Virus record (IMG/VR): IMGVR_UViG_3300032303_003166
Coordinates: 29,584-93,583 of that record
Direction: 5' to 3' (one strand)
DNA: 64,000 nucleotides
Source of the DNA: a virus
Taxonomy: Duplodnaviria; Caudoviricetes
Within the stretch, counting starts at the first letter, position 1; each line of letters starts with the position of its first letter. Below, piece after piece: positions 1-9,646 of this stretch. A program made the position numbers and the translations under genes. The notes beneath the pieces were generated by a model, which did no database searches, was not told where the DNA came from, and worked only from the letters and a program-made list of their open reading frames with translations.

Positions 1-2
1 CA

Positions 3-560
3 GCTTATGCCAGATCACTTGCCCTTAAAATAAATAAGGGCAAGGTGTATCTTGCACCGTCCAGAGTTATGGAGATTGCTTACGATTCTACGCTTAAAGT
101 GTTTGATAGATATGATAAAGATCCAGAGTTTAAAGTAGAGACTTCCTTTGCCGGCTGGATTAAGTATCCTATACTTGAACAACTTTATGGTAGCAAGCAA
201 AGAAAGCTTGATAGAATTGTAAGCTTAAATACCATGATTTCATATGATAATGAAATGGAGCTTATTGATATACAAGAGAAGCTAAAGTTTACCTCAATTA
301 GCTCTTCAGACTATGAAAAGAATTCCACAAATGATCTTAATGAAATTATTCAAACTATAATGTCAGTGTTTAATGAGATGAAGACTGAGCTGCCTTATCG
401 TCTTCAAATGCTATTTAAGATTGGTTTGCTACTCTGGATGAGACGTCCTAAGAGTCGTTTCTCTATACCTAGATTTATAAAGACATTCTTTTCTGAACAA
501 GAAGAAATGCTTTTTGAGATTTTTATGCTAGAAGTTCGTAATAGGATACATGAGTCTTGA
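3..560 (+). CDS. 5'-truncated ORF, possible phage sigma-factor-like protein
   Basis: Frame is open from the window edge (AYARSLALKINKGKVYLAP...). EIAYDSTLKVFDRYDKDPEFKVETSFAGWI loosely resembles sigma-70 region 2. Confidence 0.35.
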   Translation, partial: AYARSLALKINKGKVYLAPSRVMEIAYDSTLKVFDRYDKDPEFKVETSFAGWIKYPILEQLYGSKQRKLDRIVSLNTMISYDNEMELIDIQEKLKFTSISSSDYEKNSTNDLNEIIQTIMSVFNEMKTELPYRLQMLFKIGLLLWMRRPKSRFSIPRFIKTFFSEQEEMLFEIFMLEVRNRIHES

Positions 561-591
561 ACTAATTACTTAACTATGTTGAGGTATTTAA

Positions 592-2907
592 ATGACGATT
601 TATGCTAAGCAATTTATTCAAGAAGCATTTGGAAAAGGTACAAACCTTCATAGTACTCATGCTGAAGATTTGGTTCATTTGGGTGGAAAGTTTGGTGTAA
701 ATTGGCTATTAGAAACGCTAAAAAACATATTCTCTGATTTGCAATCAGAGAGTCAATCTAGTATTACAAAATCTGTAAAAATTGATGGTGCACCAGCTGC
801 CATGTGTTTTATGAGTTTTCCAGGTCTTGAGGGGCCTGGAGTTGCTACCAAAGGCCTATTTGCTAAAAATCCCAAGTATGCTAGAACTCCTGAAGATTGT
901 CAAGTTCTTTATGGCCACGCTCCAGATCTTGTTAGAAAAATGCAAAAACTTTTGCTATCAATTCCTAATATGGGTATACCTGAGGGTGAAGTTTGGCAGG
1001 GTGATTTTCTTTATGATAGTGAATCATTAAGCACTGAGATGATTGGCGGAGAAGAGTGCTTGACTTTTCAGCCTAACACAATTATATACGCTGTTCCATT
1101 AGACTCTGCACTAGCAGATGAAATAGCTAATTCTGATATTGGAATTGCATTTCATACGCGATACACTGGAACTATTGATAACGCTAAAGCAAATTATAAC
1201 GCTAAAGTATCTGAATTAAACCCTACGCCTGGCGTGTTTATGACAGATCCTTACATACCATCTCTTTCTGGAAAAGTTAAATTCTCTTTTGAAGAATCCA
1301 ACTATATCAATGAGCAATTATCAGTTTGTGAAGAGATTATTAATTCATTAGATATTGAAGATATTGTACAAAATGAAAACTTTACTATGTTATTTAGCAC
1401 TTATCAGAATACTCTTGTACGTCAAGGAACTCAAGTTGTTGATCCAAAAGAATTCTATAATGGATTTAATTCTTGGCTAAATAATAGAGTACAAAAAGAA
1501 ATAGATTCTAAAAAAACAGAAAAAGGAAAAATAGACACTCAACAAAAATTTGATTCCTATCTGTCTTTAGCTCAAGATACAAGAATAGTTATGATTGTAG
1601 AGCTAATAAATATTCTTACCAATCTTAAATCTAAGTTTATAGAAAAGTTAAACTATTTAGGTCAATTTAAAACGTATTTAAAAACTTTAGACGGAAATAT
1701 CATGACAACCAATCAAGAGGGTTTCATGATCTCTGATCAAGAAGGCAATGCTGTTAAGCTTGTGGATAGAGGAGAATTTAGTAAGATGAATTTTGATCCT
1801 AATATTTTAAAAGGCTGGCAAAAGAATGCAGAAGCTACTATATCAGAATCTGTTAAAGAGTTTTTAGAAGTGTATAGCTTTGATGACTTAAAAAATGTTG
1901 TTAATGATAAAGGTCTTCCAATAAGAACACAAACTTCAAAGTCTTTGACCGTTGAAGTGCCAAAGCCAGAAAGAACCACTATCACAAAAGATCTTGCATC
2001 TGAATTAATTTCAAATGACACTCCTCCAGAATCAGAGATTTCTTTATTAAGAAAAGATAAAGATATTAAGATAGATAAGTTTACAATTGCAACCAAACCG
2101 TTAGGATCTCTAGAAGGAAATAAAGGACATACTTTTGAAGATAATGTTTTAGATGTTTTAAAACTAAAAGAGTTTTCAGAATATTCACAAGAGCCATGGG
2201 CTCAAGAGCTATTACATCTTTTAACAGTTTCTGAGTTAGACTACACTGAAGAAGATGTTGAAAAAGTTGGTGGATTAAATGTAAGAAGACCTATTAACTG
2301 GTTATCAGAAAATCTTGTTCCGCTACCAGAGGGTGCTAAGTTTGGAGACTTTATTGCAATTGGAAGAGCCTTATCTGACATTAACATTTATGGCGATGGT
2401 GGTCCAGAAGATATTCTACCTATCTCTGTAAAATACGGATCTAGTTTGGCATTTTTAAATTGTGGTTTTGGATCAGTTAAAGGAAATTCTGATATATGGA
2501 AAAATAATTTTAGAAAATTTTTCTCAATTATTTCGCCTGATATTAATATAGATAGAGCTCTTCAAGCATTTGATACCAATAACGCGGTGACATTATCAAA
2601 AGAAATAGACAATGAAGTAGTTTTAACCAATCCACCATTTGTTACAGATTTTATAAATCATGCCATTGGTGAAGGATATCTTTACGTACATAATAAGCAT
2701 GTATTTTTTATGAGCACAGAAAAAAGAATGCTCTTGTCTGCAAATCCAAGAATTAAGTATGTAATTTATCCTGTTGCGCCAAGCGATGGATTTGAAATCG
2801 CACTTGAAACTGATGGTATGACAGTTTCAATTAAAGTAAGAGATAAAGTTGGAAGACCTGGTGGTGCTCCAGCAATGATGTTGGAAAAATACAAATTTAA
2901 AGAATAA
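592..2907 (+). CDS. DUF6267-like ligase/nucleotidyltransferase-fold protein fused to a C-terminal PD-(D/E)xK-like domain
   Basis: Ligase-type motifs SVKIDGAP, WQGDFL, QEGFMI, AVKLVDR. C-terminal GHTFE...LSDINI...PISVKY. GAGGT RBS. Confidence 0.55.
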   Translation: MTIYAKQFIQEAFGKGTNLHSTHAEDLVHLGGKFGVNWLLETLKNIFSDLQSESQSSITKSVKIDGAPAAMCFMSFPGLEGPGVATKGLFAKNPKYARTPEDCQVLYGHAPDLVRKMQKLLLSIPNMGIPEGEVWQGDFLYDSESLSTEMIGGEECLTFQPNTIIYAVPLDSALADEIANSDIGIAFHTRYTGTIDNAKANYNAKVSELNPTPGVFMTDPYIPSLSGKVKFSFEESNYINEQLSVCEEIINSLDIEDIVQNENFTMLFSTYQNTLVRQGTQVVDPKEFYNGFNSWLNNRVQKEIDSKKTEKGKIDTQQKFDSYLSLAQDTRIVMIVELINILTNLKSKFIEKLNYLGQFKTYLKTLDGNIMTTNQEGFMISDQEGNAVKLVDRGEFSKMNFDPNILKGWQKNAEATISESVKEFLEVYSFDDLKNVVNDKGLPIRTQTSKSLTVEVPKPERTTITKDLASELISNDTPPESEISLLRKDKDIKIDKFTIATKPLGSLEGNKGHTFEDNVLDVLKLKEFSEYSQEPWAQELLHLLTVSELDYTEEDVEKVGGLNVRRPINWLSENLVPLPEGAKFGDFIAIGRALSDINIYGDGGPEDILPISVKYGSSLAFLNCGFGSVKGNSDIWKNNFRKFFSIISPDINIDRALQAFDTNNAVTLSKEIDNEVVLTNPPFVTDFINHAIGEGYLYVHNKHVFFMSTEKRMLLSANPRIKYVIYPVAPSDGFEIALETDGMTVSIKVRDKVGRPGGAPAMMLEKYKFKE

Positions 2908-2932
2908 AAAAGGAGCCTCGCGGCTCCTTTTT
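2906..2932. terminator. bidirectional intrinsic terminator
   Basis: AAAAAAGGAGCC-TCGC-GGCTCCTTTTT between convergent genes. Confidence 0.85.
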
Positions 2933-2948
2933 GATTTACTAAGCTATC

Positions 2949-3641
2949 TTAGTTCATCTTTTCAATTTGAACATAGACATTAGTGTTTTCAACACCAATC
3001 AAATCGCTGTGTACATAATAGGTACGAGCGGTTCCACCTGCGGCAACTCCCCACTTTCCACCAGTTACTACAGCTGATGTGTAGTTTTTGAGTGTGTGAG
3101 CAGCGTAGGCTCCCATTGTGGTTCGAGCCATTACATCTACAGGAAGAACTCCGGTTGTGAGGTTTGTTCTTGTAATGGTCTGACCGGTGAGGCTGGTTGT
3201 TACTACAGCAGGAAGATCACTTGTGTTAGCAGGATTGCTCTTCCAGTTAATAATACCAGTTGCAGTGCTATAATCAGTAAGAACAATACCAGCAGTTGCA
3301 GCAAGTTCAGCAGCCTTGGCTCCACCGGGTCCAAACTCATTCCAGATATGCAAAACAGTTTCTGCAACAGTAGCAGTGGCACTGATTTGAGTAACTGCAG
3401 CAACTCCACCAAGGGAGAATACAGTGGAAACGTGAGTTGATGTTCCGGAGACAGTAAACTTACCAAGCTGATTAATAGCGGGGGTTGTGCTGATTGACAC
3501 TGCATTGGCTGAAACTGTAGCAGCAATCTGTTCAGCAATTACGCTAACAATATAATAGCCAGGCTTTACAGTAAATGAGTCATTCTGAGCAAGATTAGTG
3601 ATTACAAATCTTGATTTTCCATCTTTTTTTGCTTGTACCAT
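2949..3641 (-). CDS. putative virion structural protein (Thr/Ala/Val-rich)
   Basis: 230-aa ORF with an AAGG RBS, beta-rich composition, downstream of head-core-like genes. Confidence 0.5.
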   Translation of the reverse strand: MVQAKKDGKSRFVITNLAQNDSFTVKPGYYIVSVIAEQIAATVSANAVSISTTPAINQLGKFTVSGTSTHVSTVFSLGGVAAVTQISATATVAETVLHIWNEFGPGGAKAAELAATAGIVLTDYSTATGIINWKSNPANTSDLPAVVTTSLTGQTITRTNLTTGVLPVDVMARTTMGAYAAHTLKNYTSAVVTGGKWGVAAGGTARTYYVHSDLIGVENTNVYVQIEKMN

Positions 3642-3677
3642 AATTTATTACCTTTTTTTAGGTTTAAACAGTGTTGT

Positions 3678-3710
3678 AATAAAGGAGAAAAGCAATTTTC
3701 TCCTTTATTT
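3678..3710 (-). terminator. hairpin/terminator after the core-like gene
   Basis: AATAAAGGAGAAAA-GCAA-TTTTCTCCTTTATT inverted repeat. Confidence 0.6.
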
Positions 3711-3720
3711 ACATTATGAA

Positions 3721-5220
3721 TTAACCTAAAATTCCTTTCTTAAGAAGATTTTCAAAGTCAAGCTTTTCAGTAAGACCTTTCTTTGAAGGCTTGCTGTTGT
3801 CAGGATAACCAGCGGGCTTTGAGGCTAGTGAGCTAGCACCAAGTGAATCAGCACCAGGCATTCCTTCCTGATTGTGCTTTACCTTATGACCGTCACCAGC
3901 TTCTTTTCCCCAAATAGCTCCTGATCCGTTCTGAGCACCCTTAACTTTCCAAGCCATTACTTCAGCTTCTCTCTTGCTCTTGGCAATCTTGGCCTTGATG
4001 GCTTCAACTTTCTTGCTGCGATCAGACTTGGTAGCTTCAGTCTTGGAAATAGTGTCATCATCTTCACCAATAAGACCAGCAACATTCAACCAGCCAACAT
4101 AAGGACCCTGGTTGTCAACATGCAAATCAGCCATGGGAGTAGAATCATCCTCGTTCATGCTCTTGCGAAGATTGGCAAGCTTCTCTCTGCGTGAGAGAAC
4201 TTTTTGGCGAACTGATTCAAGAATTTGATCAAGATCTTCATCTTCCATTTCGTCTTCAACAGCAGCACCAGCAAGCTGATCAGCTGCGCCCTGAAGAGCG
4301 TCAACAAGATCACCAACAGTGGCAGGCTCTGCAAGTCCCTTGCCCTCTTCGTCTTCCATATCTTCATCATCTTCCATGGCTTCCTCTTTGGAGGTTTCGC
4401 CCATCTCATGATCAGCAAGATCTTCTTCTTTAAGATTTCTAAGTTGAGCAATCTTTTCCTTGATGGCCTTGATACGAGCAGCCTTGCTCTCTGGCATAAT
4501 GGCAGCTTCAATATCAGCAGCAAATCCAACATCGCTCATTTCTTCATTAGGAACTTCTTGAGGAGCACCAGGCATCTTACCAGCTCCGGTAGGTCCTTCC
4601 ATTCCAATTGATCCATCTTCATTCTCAAACTGGCGCTTGAGGTTTCTCTTAAGAACGGCAAGTTGTACTCGGTCCTTGAGAGCAAGTTTCTTACCGGCCT
4701 TGGTGGCGCGGGCTTCTTTCAACATTAGAGCTTCGAGTAGATCTAGCTCTTGTTCTGTTAGTGTATTCATACTGTTTCCTCTATTTGATACTTTTTTATT
4801 CTTAGTTTTTGATTCTTTGATACCAAGCATTTCGTCAGAGTCTGCAAAAATTGAACTTGGCTCAGATCTATTAGGAATAAAGTTGCCCTTGTAATCGTTC
4901 AGAATTTGCTTTGCAACCTGCTCAGAGCAGTAGATATTTTGGTATCTTTCCCATTCTTCCATTGCTTGCTCAGAAAAAGTAATATCGTACAAAGAAGGCC
5001 AATCATTGTATTCTTCTTCAGGAACCTTTCTAAGTTTGCCTAAAATCTTTTCGTGGTCATTTTCGTCTAATTTAGCAACGGTAATAAATGACGAGATTTT
5101 CTTATGATCCCACCCAGAATCACTCTGATGATTATACTCAAAATAGTAGGTCTCATCGCCATCTCTAAAATAAGCTTCTTGTTGTGTTTTCATACTGTTT
5201 CCTTTGTTTGATTCATTCAT
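3721..5220 (-). CDS. acidic coiled-coil protein, putative prohead core/scaffold; additional starts likely at 5193 and 4770
   Basis: Very acidic and helical, with many [LIM]xE sites. ATGA coupling to the upstream gene at 5220. Duplicated RBS+ATG (AGGAAACAGTATGAA) at 5193 and 4770. Confidence 0.5.
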   Translation of the reverse strand: MNESNKGNSMKTQQEAYFRDGDETYYFEYNHQSDSGWDHKKISSFITVAKLDENDHEKILGKLRKVPEEEYNDWPSLYDITFSEQAMEEWERYQNIYCSEQVAKQILNDYKGNFIPNRSEPSSIFADSDEMLGIKESKTKNKKVSNRGNSMNTLTEQELDLLEALMLKEARATKAGKKLALKDRVQLAVLKRNLKRQFENEDGSIGMEGPTGAGKMPGAPQEVPNEEMSDVGFAADIEAAIMPESKAARIKAIKEKIAQLRNLKEEDLADHEMGETSKEEAMEDDEDMEDEEGKGLAEPATVGDLVDALQGAADQLAGAAVEDEMEDEDLDQILESVRQKVLSRREKLANLRKSMNEDDSTPMADLHVDNQGPYVGWLNVAGLIGEDDDTISKTEATKSDRSKKVEAIKAKIAKSKREAEVMAWKVKGAQNGSGAIWGKEAGDGHKVKHNQEGMPGADSLGASSLASKPAGYPDNSKPSKKGLTEKLDFENLLKKGILG

Positions 5221-5810
5221 AGCATTTTTTCTCCACAATGTTTACAAACCTTATCTTTCATTCCTAAAGGTTTTCCACAGGATGGGCATGTGCTAGAGCC
5301 AAACATTTCATTTTCTTCATCAACAAGGCTATCTTCATCATAGGCTTCGTTTATCTGTTTGTAAAGATTCTTGGCTTTTTCGTTTATTTTGTTTTTCTTC
5401 CAAGCCCTGAATGCTTCAATTACTTGTTGTTCTTCAGCATTTTGAGGCATAGCCCCAATTCCTTGAACGCCATTTCCAGCGCCCGGACCAACTCCACCAG
5501 TCACCTGAGGAGGAGCTCCAGTTAGATTGGAGTTTACATCATTTCCCACTCCGCCGTCGTACATATTTCCGCCCATTGCCTGCTGAAGAGCTTCAATAGG
5601 AACATAGAGAGGAACCATGCCAGGAGGAACTTGAGGAGATGCACCCATATCATCACCGGGTGGTGCCATTTCAGACTCACCTTCAGGAGCGGAAGCAGCA
5701 GGACCACCACCAGCCACGTCTTGTGGAGGCATAGCCATTGCGCTAGGATCTTCTTCAGTCAAAAGCTGTTCATATAAATACAGAGCTTTTGCTTTGCTAG
5801 ATACTTTCAT
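5217..5810 (-). CDS. low-complexity putative head protein with C-terminal zinc ribbon
   Basis: CPSC...CKHC, LTE/INE motifs, late-type motif upstream. Confidence 0.5.
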   Translation of the reverse strand: MKVSSKAKALYLYEQLLTEEDPSAMAMPPQDVAGGGPAASAPEGESEMAPPGDDMGASPQVPPGMVPLYVPIEALQQAMGGNMYDGGVGNDVNSNLTGAPPQVTGGVGPGAGNGVQGIGAMPQNAEEQQVIEAFRAWKKNKINEKAKNLYKQINEAYDEDSLVDEENEMFGSSTCPSCGKPLGMKDKVCKHCGEKML

Positions 5811-5909
5811 TTAATATCCTTTATAAATTTTTTCGCATCTCAAAGCCAAGAGATTACTAGGCTTCTTTCCAAGACACTCATATTAATATATAGTTAGTTA
5901 TTAGACAAC

Positions 5910-5930
5910 AAAAGGACCCTCACGGGTCCT
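5910..5930 (-). terminator. intrinsic terminator of the transporter gene
   Basis: AGGACCC-GTGA-GGGTCCT followed by TTTG on the minus strand. Confidence 0.7.
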
Positions 5931-5976
5931 AATGTATTATACAAGTTACATTTAAGAGTTAACTGTAATTTATATG

Positions 5977-6558
5977 TTACAGTTGTACTTTTGTAAGTTT
6001 TTTTACTCCAACCAAAGATAAGTAATAAGCTCCAAAAAGAACAGCTGAATAAACAGTATCACTCATTATAGTATTCTTAAAGAAAGGAATTGCTGCCACA
6101 TAGCATTGCATTAAACCGTCCCATGTCATGGCGTACATGCTAGGCCATGCAGGAATTAAATTAATCCAGGTCACAAAATTAGATATGATAAAAAATGTTA
6201 ATGAAGCTGCAGGAATTGTTGCAAGAGTAACCAATGGATTCTTAGATTTATTCATGAAGCCATAAAGAATAATTGGTAAAAATGCCAAATATACCGCTGG
6301 GCTTCCTGAAAGATATTGATACACACTTAGGCCATATGTATTGGTTAGCGCAAGAATTACATCGCTAAGCGCCAGACCTGCAAAAGGTATAAACCATCGT
6401 GAATTTCCTGCTAGCATTGTTCCAGCAAAAAGAGCAATTGCGCCTATTGGAGAAAAGTTGTCTGCCACATGAAATATCCTGGCAACTATAGCCAGGAAAA
6501 TAAGAGATAAAGATATTACCACAGTCACATTGGACTGCTTAGAGAAAAATGATTGCAC
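5977..6558 (-). CDS. DUF6580-type membrane transporter (S-component-like, probably cobalamin)
   Basis: About six hydrophobic segments. NFSPIGAIALFAG and FFIISNF...MY...GL..CY.AAIPFFKNT..SD motifs. GGAGG lies 5 nt before the GTG at 6558; riboswitch upstream. Confidence 0.7.
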   Translation of the reverse strand: MQSFFSKQSNVTVVISLSLIFLAIVARIFHVADNFSPIGAIALFAGTMLAGNSRWFIPFAGLALSDVILALTNTYGLSVYQYLSGSPAVYLAFLPIILYGFMNKSKNPLVTLATIPAASLTFFIISNFVTWINLIPAWPSMYAMTWDGLMQCYVAAIPFFKNTIMSDTVYSAVLFGAYYLSLVGVKKLTKVQL

Positions 6559-6648
6559 GTCGACCTCCACATCGATTAGTGATTTTTCAGGTCTGACTTT
6601 TTATGACAGTCGGCGGAGGCCGGCGCTGAATTCCACAGCTTTCTGATT
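6559..6648 (-). promoter_or_regulatory. compact cobalamin riboswitch (class II-like)
   Basis: P3 TCAG/CTGA; GAAAG; P4 GCTG-TGGAATT-CAGC; P5 CGG-CCTCCG-CCG; P6 ACT/AGT; B12-box-like AGTCAGACCTG. P13 TCGA-TGTGGAGG-TCGA has a loop (the SD) complementary to L5 CCTCC. Confidence 0.85.
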
Positions 6649-6692
6649 AATAGTTAGTAAGCTACTATTTAGATAGGAATATAACATAAGCC

Positions 6693-8735
6693 ATGTCAGA
6701 CATTAAAATTGTTCAAAATACTTCAGTGATTCTTGATGATCTCATGGCCGGAGACATGTCCACTCTTTCCAGAGAGCAGCTTAAAAACTTTGATTTTAAT
6801 AAAATTCAACTGGCGCTAGACTATCTGGTAAATAATGAAAATCTTTCAGAGGCCAAAAAGCTTCACTATATTGGAAATTCTTGGAAAATCTTTTATAAGC
6901 GTAAACCACCAACTCCTGAAGAGTTTATGACTGAAGAGTGGATAGGTCCACTTGCAGAGCATACTTATCCACGAGTAAAACAAACATTCTTGGATTTTAT
7001 GAATCCTACAACGCCTTATCGCAATCTAATTCTATACCCGCATATGGGATGGGGAAAAACGTACGCTGCTATGTTTATGTCACTCTATTGTGATACGCAT
7101 ATTGCGTTAATGAGAAACGCTAAAAGATATCTAGGCTTGAACCCCGCATCTCCAATAGCCCGAGCATTTTTATCATTTTCAATTGAAAAAGTCCAAGAAA
7201 CGTTACTTGAGCCATTTCTTCTTGCTCTTGAAAATAGTCCAATGTATGAGAAGGTTCATACACGAGACGGCATGGCCAAAAGAGAAGCAGAACAAGCTCA
7301 TAACAATCAGATAGATAAAATATTCTGGACCACAGCTTCTCCTAGCTCTCATATTCACATATCCAATGGAACTCAAATTAAAATTGTTTCTAGCTTACAC
7401 AGACTTCTAGGTCTAAATCTGGTGGGTGGTGCAGTTACAGAGCTCTCTCACTTTAGAGAGGCCGGAATGACAGACGACTATATCATGGATACATTTTGGG
7501 AACTTAGAAACCGCGTTCAGGTTCGTACCATGAAAGGTAATTATTGGGGAAGAATTATCCTAGACTCGTCTCCTGATGATATAAGCGGAGCTGTTGATCA
7601 GTATATAAATGGTAACGCAAAAGAAGATCACACCAATATGATAGTACGTGGATCCATGTGGGAGTGGTCGCCAGAAAATCATGACATGAATAATTTATTT
7701 CCTATTTATAGAGGTGGAGCAGGGCGTCCTCCTCAAATACTAGAAGACTCAGAAATAAATAATTTTGATGTTAGTCAGGTTCTTTGGGTTCCTGGAGACT
7801 TAAAAAACTCATTTAAGAATAATCCAGTAAAATCCCTAAGAGACCTGGCTGGGCTACCATCTGGTAGTCAGGCTCGTTTATTTATGAATTATGAAAGCAT
7901 TGATAGCTGTTTTTCAACCAAATTAAAAAATCTTTATACCTATATTACTGCATCAACCAAAGATGATCCAAAAGATCTCATATGGAATAAAGTGCACTCT
8001 CAATTCTTTAAAAATGATGGGCTAAAAGTTTCTTTCTATTATAAGCCGCATCTTCCACGAGCAATACACATTGACTCTAGTACAACAGGAGACATAACTG
8101 GTATTGCAGCTACTCATGTGGAAAAGAATGCAGATACCGGTGAGATAATGTTTATAACTGACTTCAGTATTGCAATTGCTCCTGATGGAGGAAGAATAAG
8201 TCTTGATGCTGTAAAATTCTTTATTGAAGATTTAAGAAATAAAGGTCATATGAATATTGCTCAAGTCTCATATGACACATTTCAATCAGAGGCATCAGTT
8301 CAATATCTTGAAAGTCGTGGCTTTAATATTGCCAAGCTATCAGTAGACAGATCAACTGAACCGTATTATCACCTATACTCTATGGTAGAGTCTGGGAGAT
8401 TTAAGATGGGAAGAAACATATTCTTTAAGAATAATTTAAAATCTTTAGAAATTGTAAAAAGAAATAAAACAGGATCTCCTAAAGTAGATCATACCAACGG
8501 TCCAATACCTGATCCACATGGCGATTCTGCTTGGGAAACCAGCATTATTGGAATGAATGCAAAAGACGTATCTGACGCTGTATGCGGATCAGTATACGCA
8601 GCAAACATGATTTTGGCTCCACTAGGAGCTCCTGAGATCTGGAATGAAAGCCATGAAGGAATTCTTAGTAAAGATCTTGCAAAACAAAATTTGCAAGATT
8701 TTATGGACAAAATGGGAATAGGAATAGCTATGTAG
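6693..8735 (+). CDS. terL: terminase large subunit
   Basis: Walker A PHMGWGKT, Walker B-like AVTEL, coupling motif LDSSP, nuclease HIDSSTTGD and KDVSDA. Confidence 0.85.
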   Translation: MSDIKIVQNTSVILDDLMAGDMSTLSREQLKNFDFNKIQLALDYLVNNENLSEAKKLHYIGNSWKIFYKRKPPTPEEFMTEEWIGPLAEHTYPRVKQTFLDFMNPTTPYRNLILYPHMGWGKTYAAMFMSLYCDTHIALMRNAKRYLGLNPASPIARAFLSFSIEKVQETLLEPFLLALENSPMYEKVHTRDGMAKREAEQAHNNQIDKIFWTTASPSSHIHISNGTQIKIVSSLHRLLGLNLVGGAVTELSHFREAGMTDDYIMDTFWELRNRVQVRTMKGNYWGRIILDSSPDDISGAVDQYINGNAKEDHTNMIVRGSMWEWSPENHDMNNLFPIYRGGAGRPPQILEDSEINNFDVSQVLWVPGDLKNSFKNNPVKSLRDLAGLPSGSQARLFMNYESIDSCFSTKLKNLYTYITASTKDDPKDLIWNKVHSQFFKNDGLKVSFYYKPHLPRAIHIDSSTTGDITGIAATHVEKNADTGEIMFITDFSIAIAPDGGRISLDAVKFFIEDLRNKGHMNIAQVSYDTFQSEASVQYLESRGFNIAKLSVDRSTEPYYHLYSMVESGRFKMGRNIFFKNNLKSLEIVKRNKTGSPKVDHTNGPIPDPHGDSAWETSIIGMNAKDVSDAVCGSVYAANMILAPLGAPEIWNESHEGILSKDLAKQNLQDFMDKMGIGIAM

Positions 8736-9549
8736 CTGCGCTTTTATTGGTGTATACCAGGCCACGTACTTTATGAAAGCCACGAGCTAGAGATGCAGAG
8801 CAATAATCAGCATGGCCTTGAAAGATACAAAACTGACAAGCGTAGCTAACAGTCGGCTTCCATTCAGTTTCTTCAGCAATAGAATCAATAGTTTGAAGAA
8901 TAGAATCTTTGCTAATATCCACATCAGAGAACTTAAGCTTAATAGACTTAAGAGTCTCAAGTGGAGAAGATTTGTACTTGGCATAAGGATAGTAAATATA
9001 CACAGTAATCTTTTGCAAGAAGTCTTTGATAGGAACCTGAGGAGCATATTTGGCATGAACAGCCATGATATAAACTGAAAGCTGCAGGTCATGATCACCA
9101 GTGCCAGACTTGGCAGTCTTGTAATCAAGAACAATGTATTCATCGCCACGAATAAGAACCAGGTCTAGTACACCTTGAAAGCTTGCACCATCCAGGGAGA
9201 ATTCAACTTTTTCTTCAGTATGAATCTGATCAAAGTTTCCACCCACAACAAATTCTTTCCAGAATACTTTAAAATTGCCAAAAGCAGCCTCAAGCTCAGG
9301 CAGATTGATAGAGTCAATATCAAGCTTTTTACCATAATTTTCATATTCACGAAGCTTGGTAACCCACTGGTCAAAAGATAAAGATTCATTATCACGATAA
9401 TGTTCAGCAATATAATGAAACGCAGAGCCTTTGGTAGTATGAGGACTGGCCCAATCAGCTTTAACACCAACATTATAGTTGAGATTGTATTCATTTTTGC
9501 ATTGGTGAAACTTTTTAATACGTGATGCTGACCAGACAATATTTTTCAT
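8728..9549 (-). CDS. PD-(D/E)xK RecB/Cas4-like exonuclease
   Basis: WSASRI...C, GVLDLV...DYKT, QL..Y, C-terminal CxxC-x7-C cysteine cluster. Confidence 0.85.
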   Translation of the reverse strand: MKNIVWSASRIKKFHQCKNEYNLNYNVGVKADWASPHTTKGSAFHYIAEHYRDNESLSFDQWVTKLREYENYGKKLDIDSINLPELEAAFGNFKVFWKEFVVGGNFDQIHTEEKVEFSLDGASFQGVLDLVLIRGDEYIVLDYKTAKSGTGDHDLQLSVYIMAVHAKYAPQVPIKDFLQKITVYIYYPYAKYKSSPLETLKSIKLKFSDVDISKDSILQTIDSIAEETEWKPTVSYACQFCIFQGHADYCSASLARGFHKVRGLVYTNKSAAT

Positions 9550-9555
9550 AAGTCT

Positions 9556-9584
9556 AATATAACAGGAGCCAAAGAGAATGTAAA
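9556..9584 (-). promoter_or_regulatory. sigma70-like promoter (leaderless start)
   Basis: TTTACA-17nt-TATATT, with ATG 6 nt downstream. Confidence 0.7.
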
Positions 9585-9622
9585 AAAGTTATCTAACTTT
9601 TTTACTAGAATGACAAAACAAC

Positions 9623-9646
9623 AAAAAAGGAGCATTTCTGCTCCTT
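9623..9646 (-). terminator. intrinsic terminator
   Basis: AAGGAGCA-GAAA-TGCTCCTT followed by TTTT. Confidence 0.8.

Noticed and set aside
8728-9549. CRISPR-associated cas4
   Set aside because: There is no array or other cas gene; stand-alone Cas4-like nucleases are common in phages.
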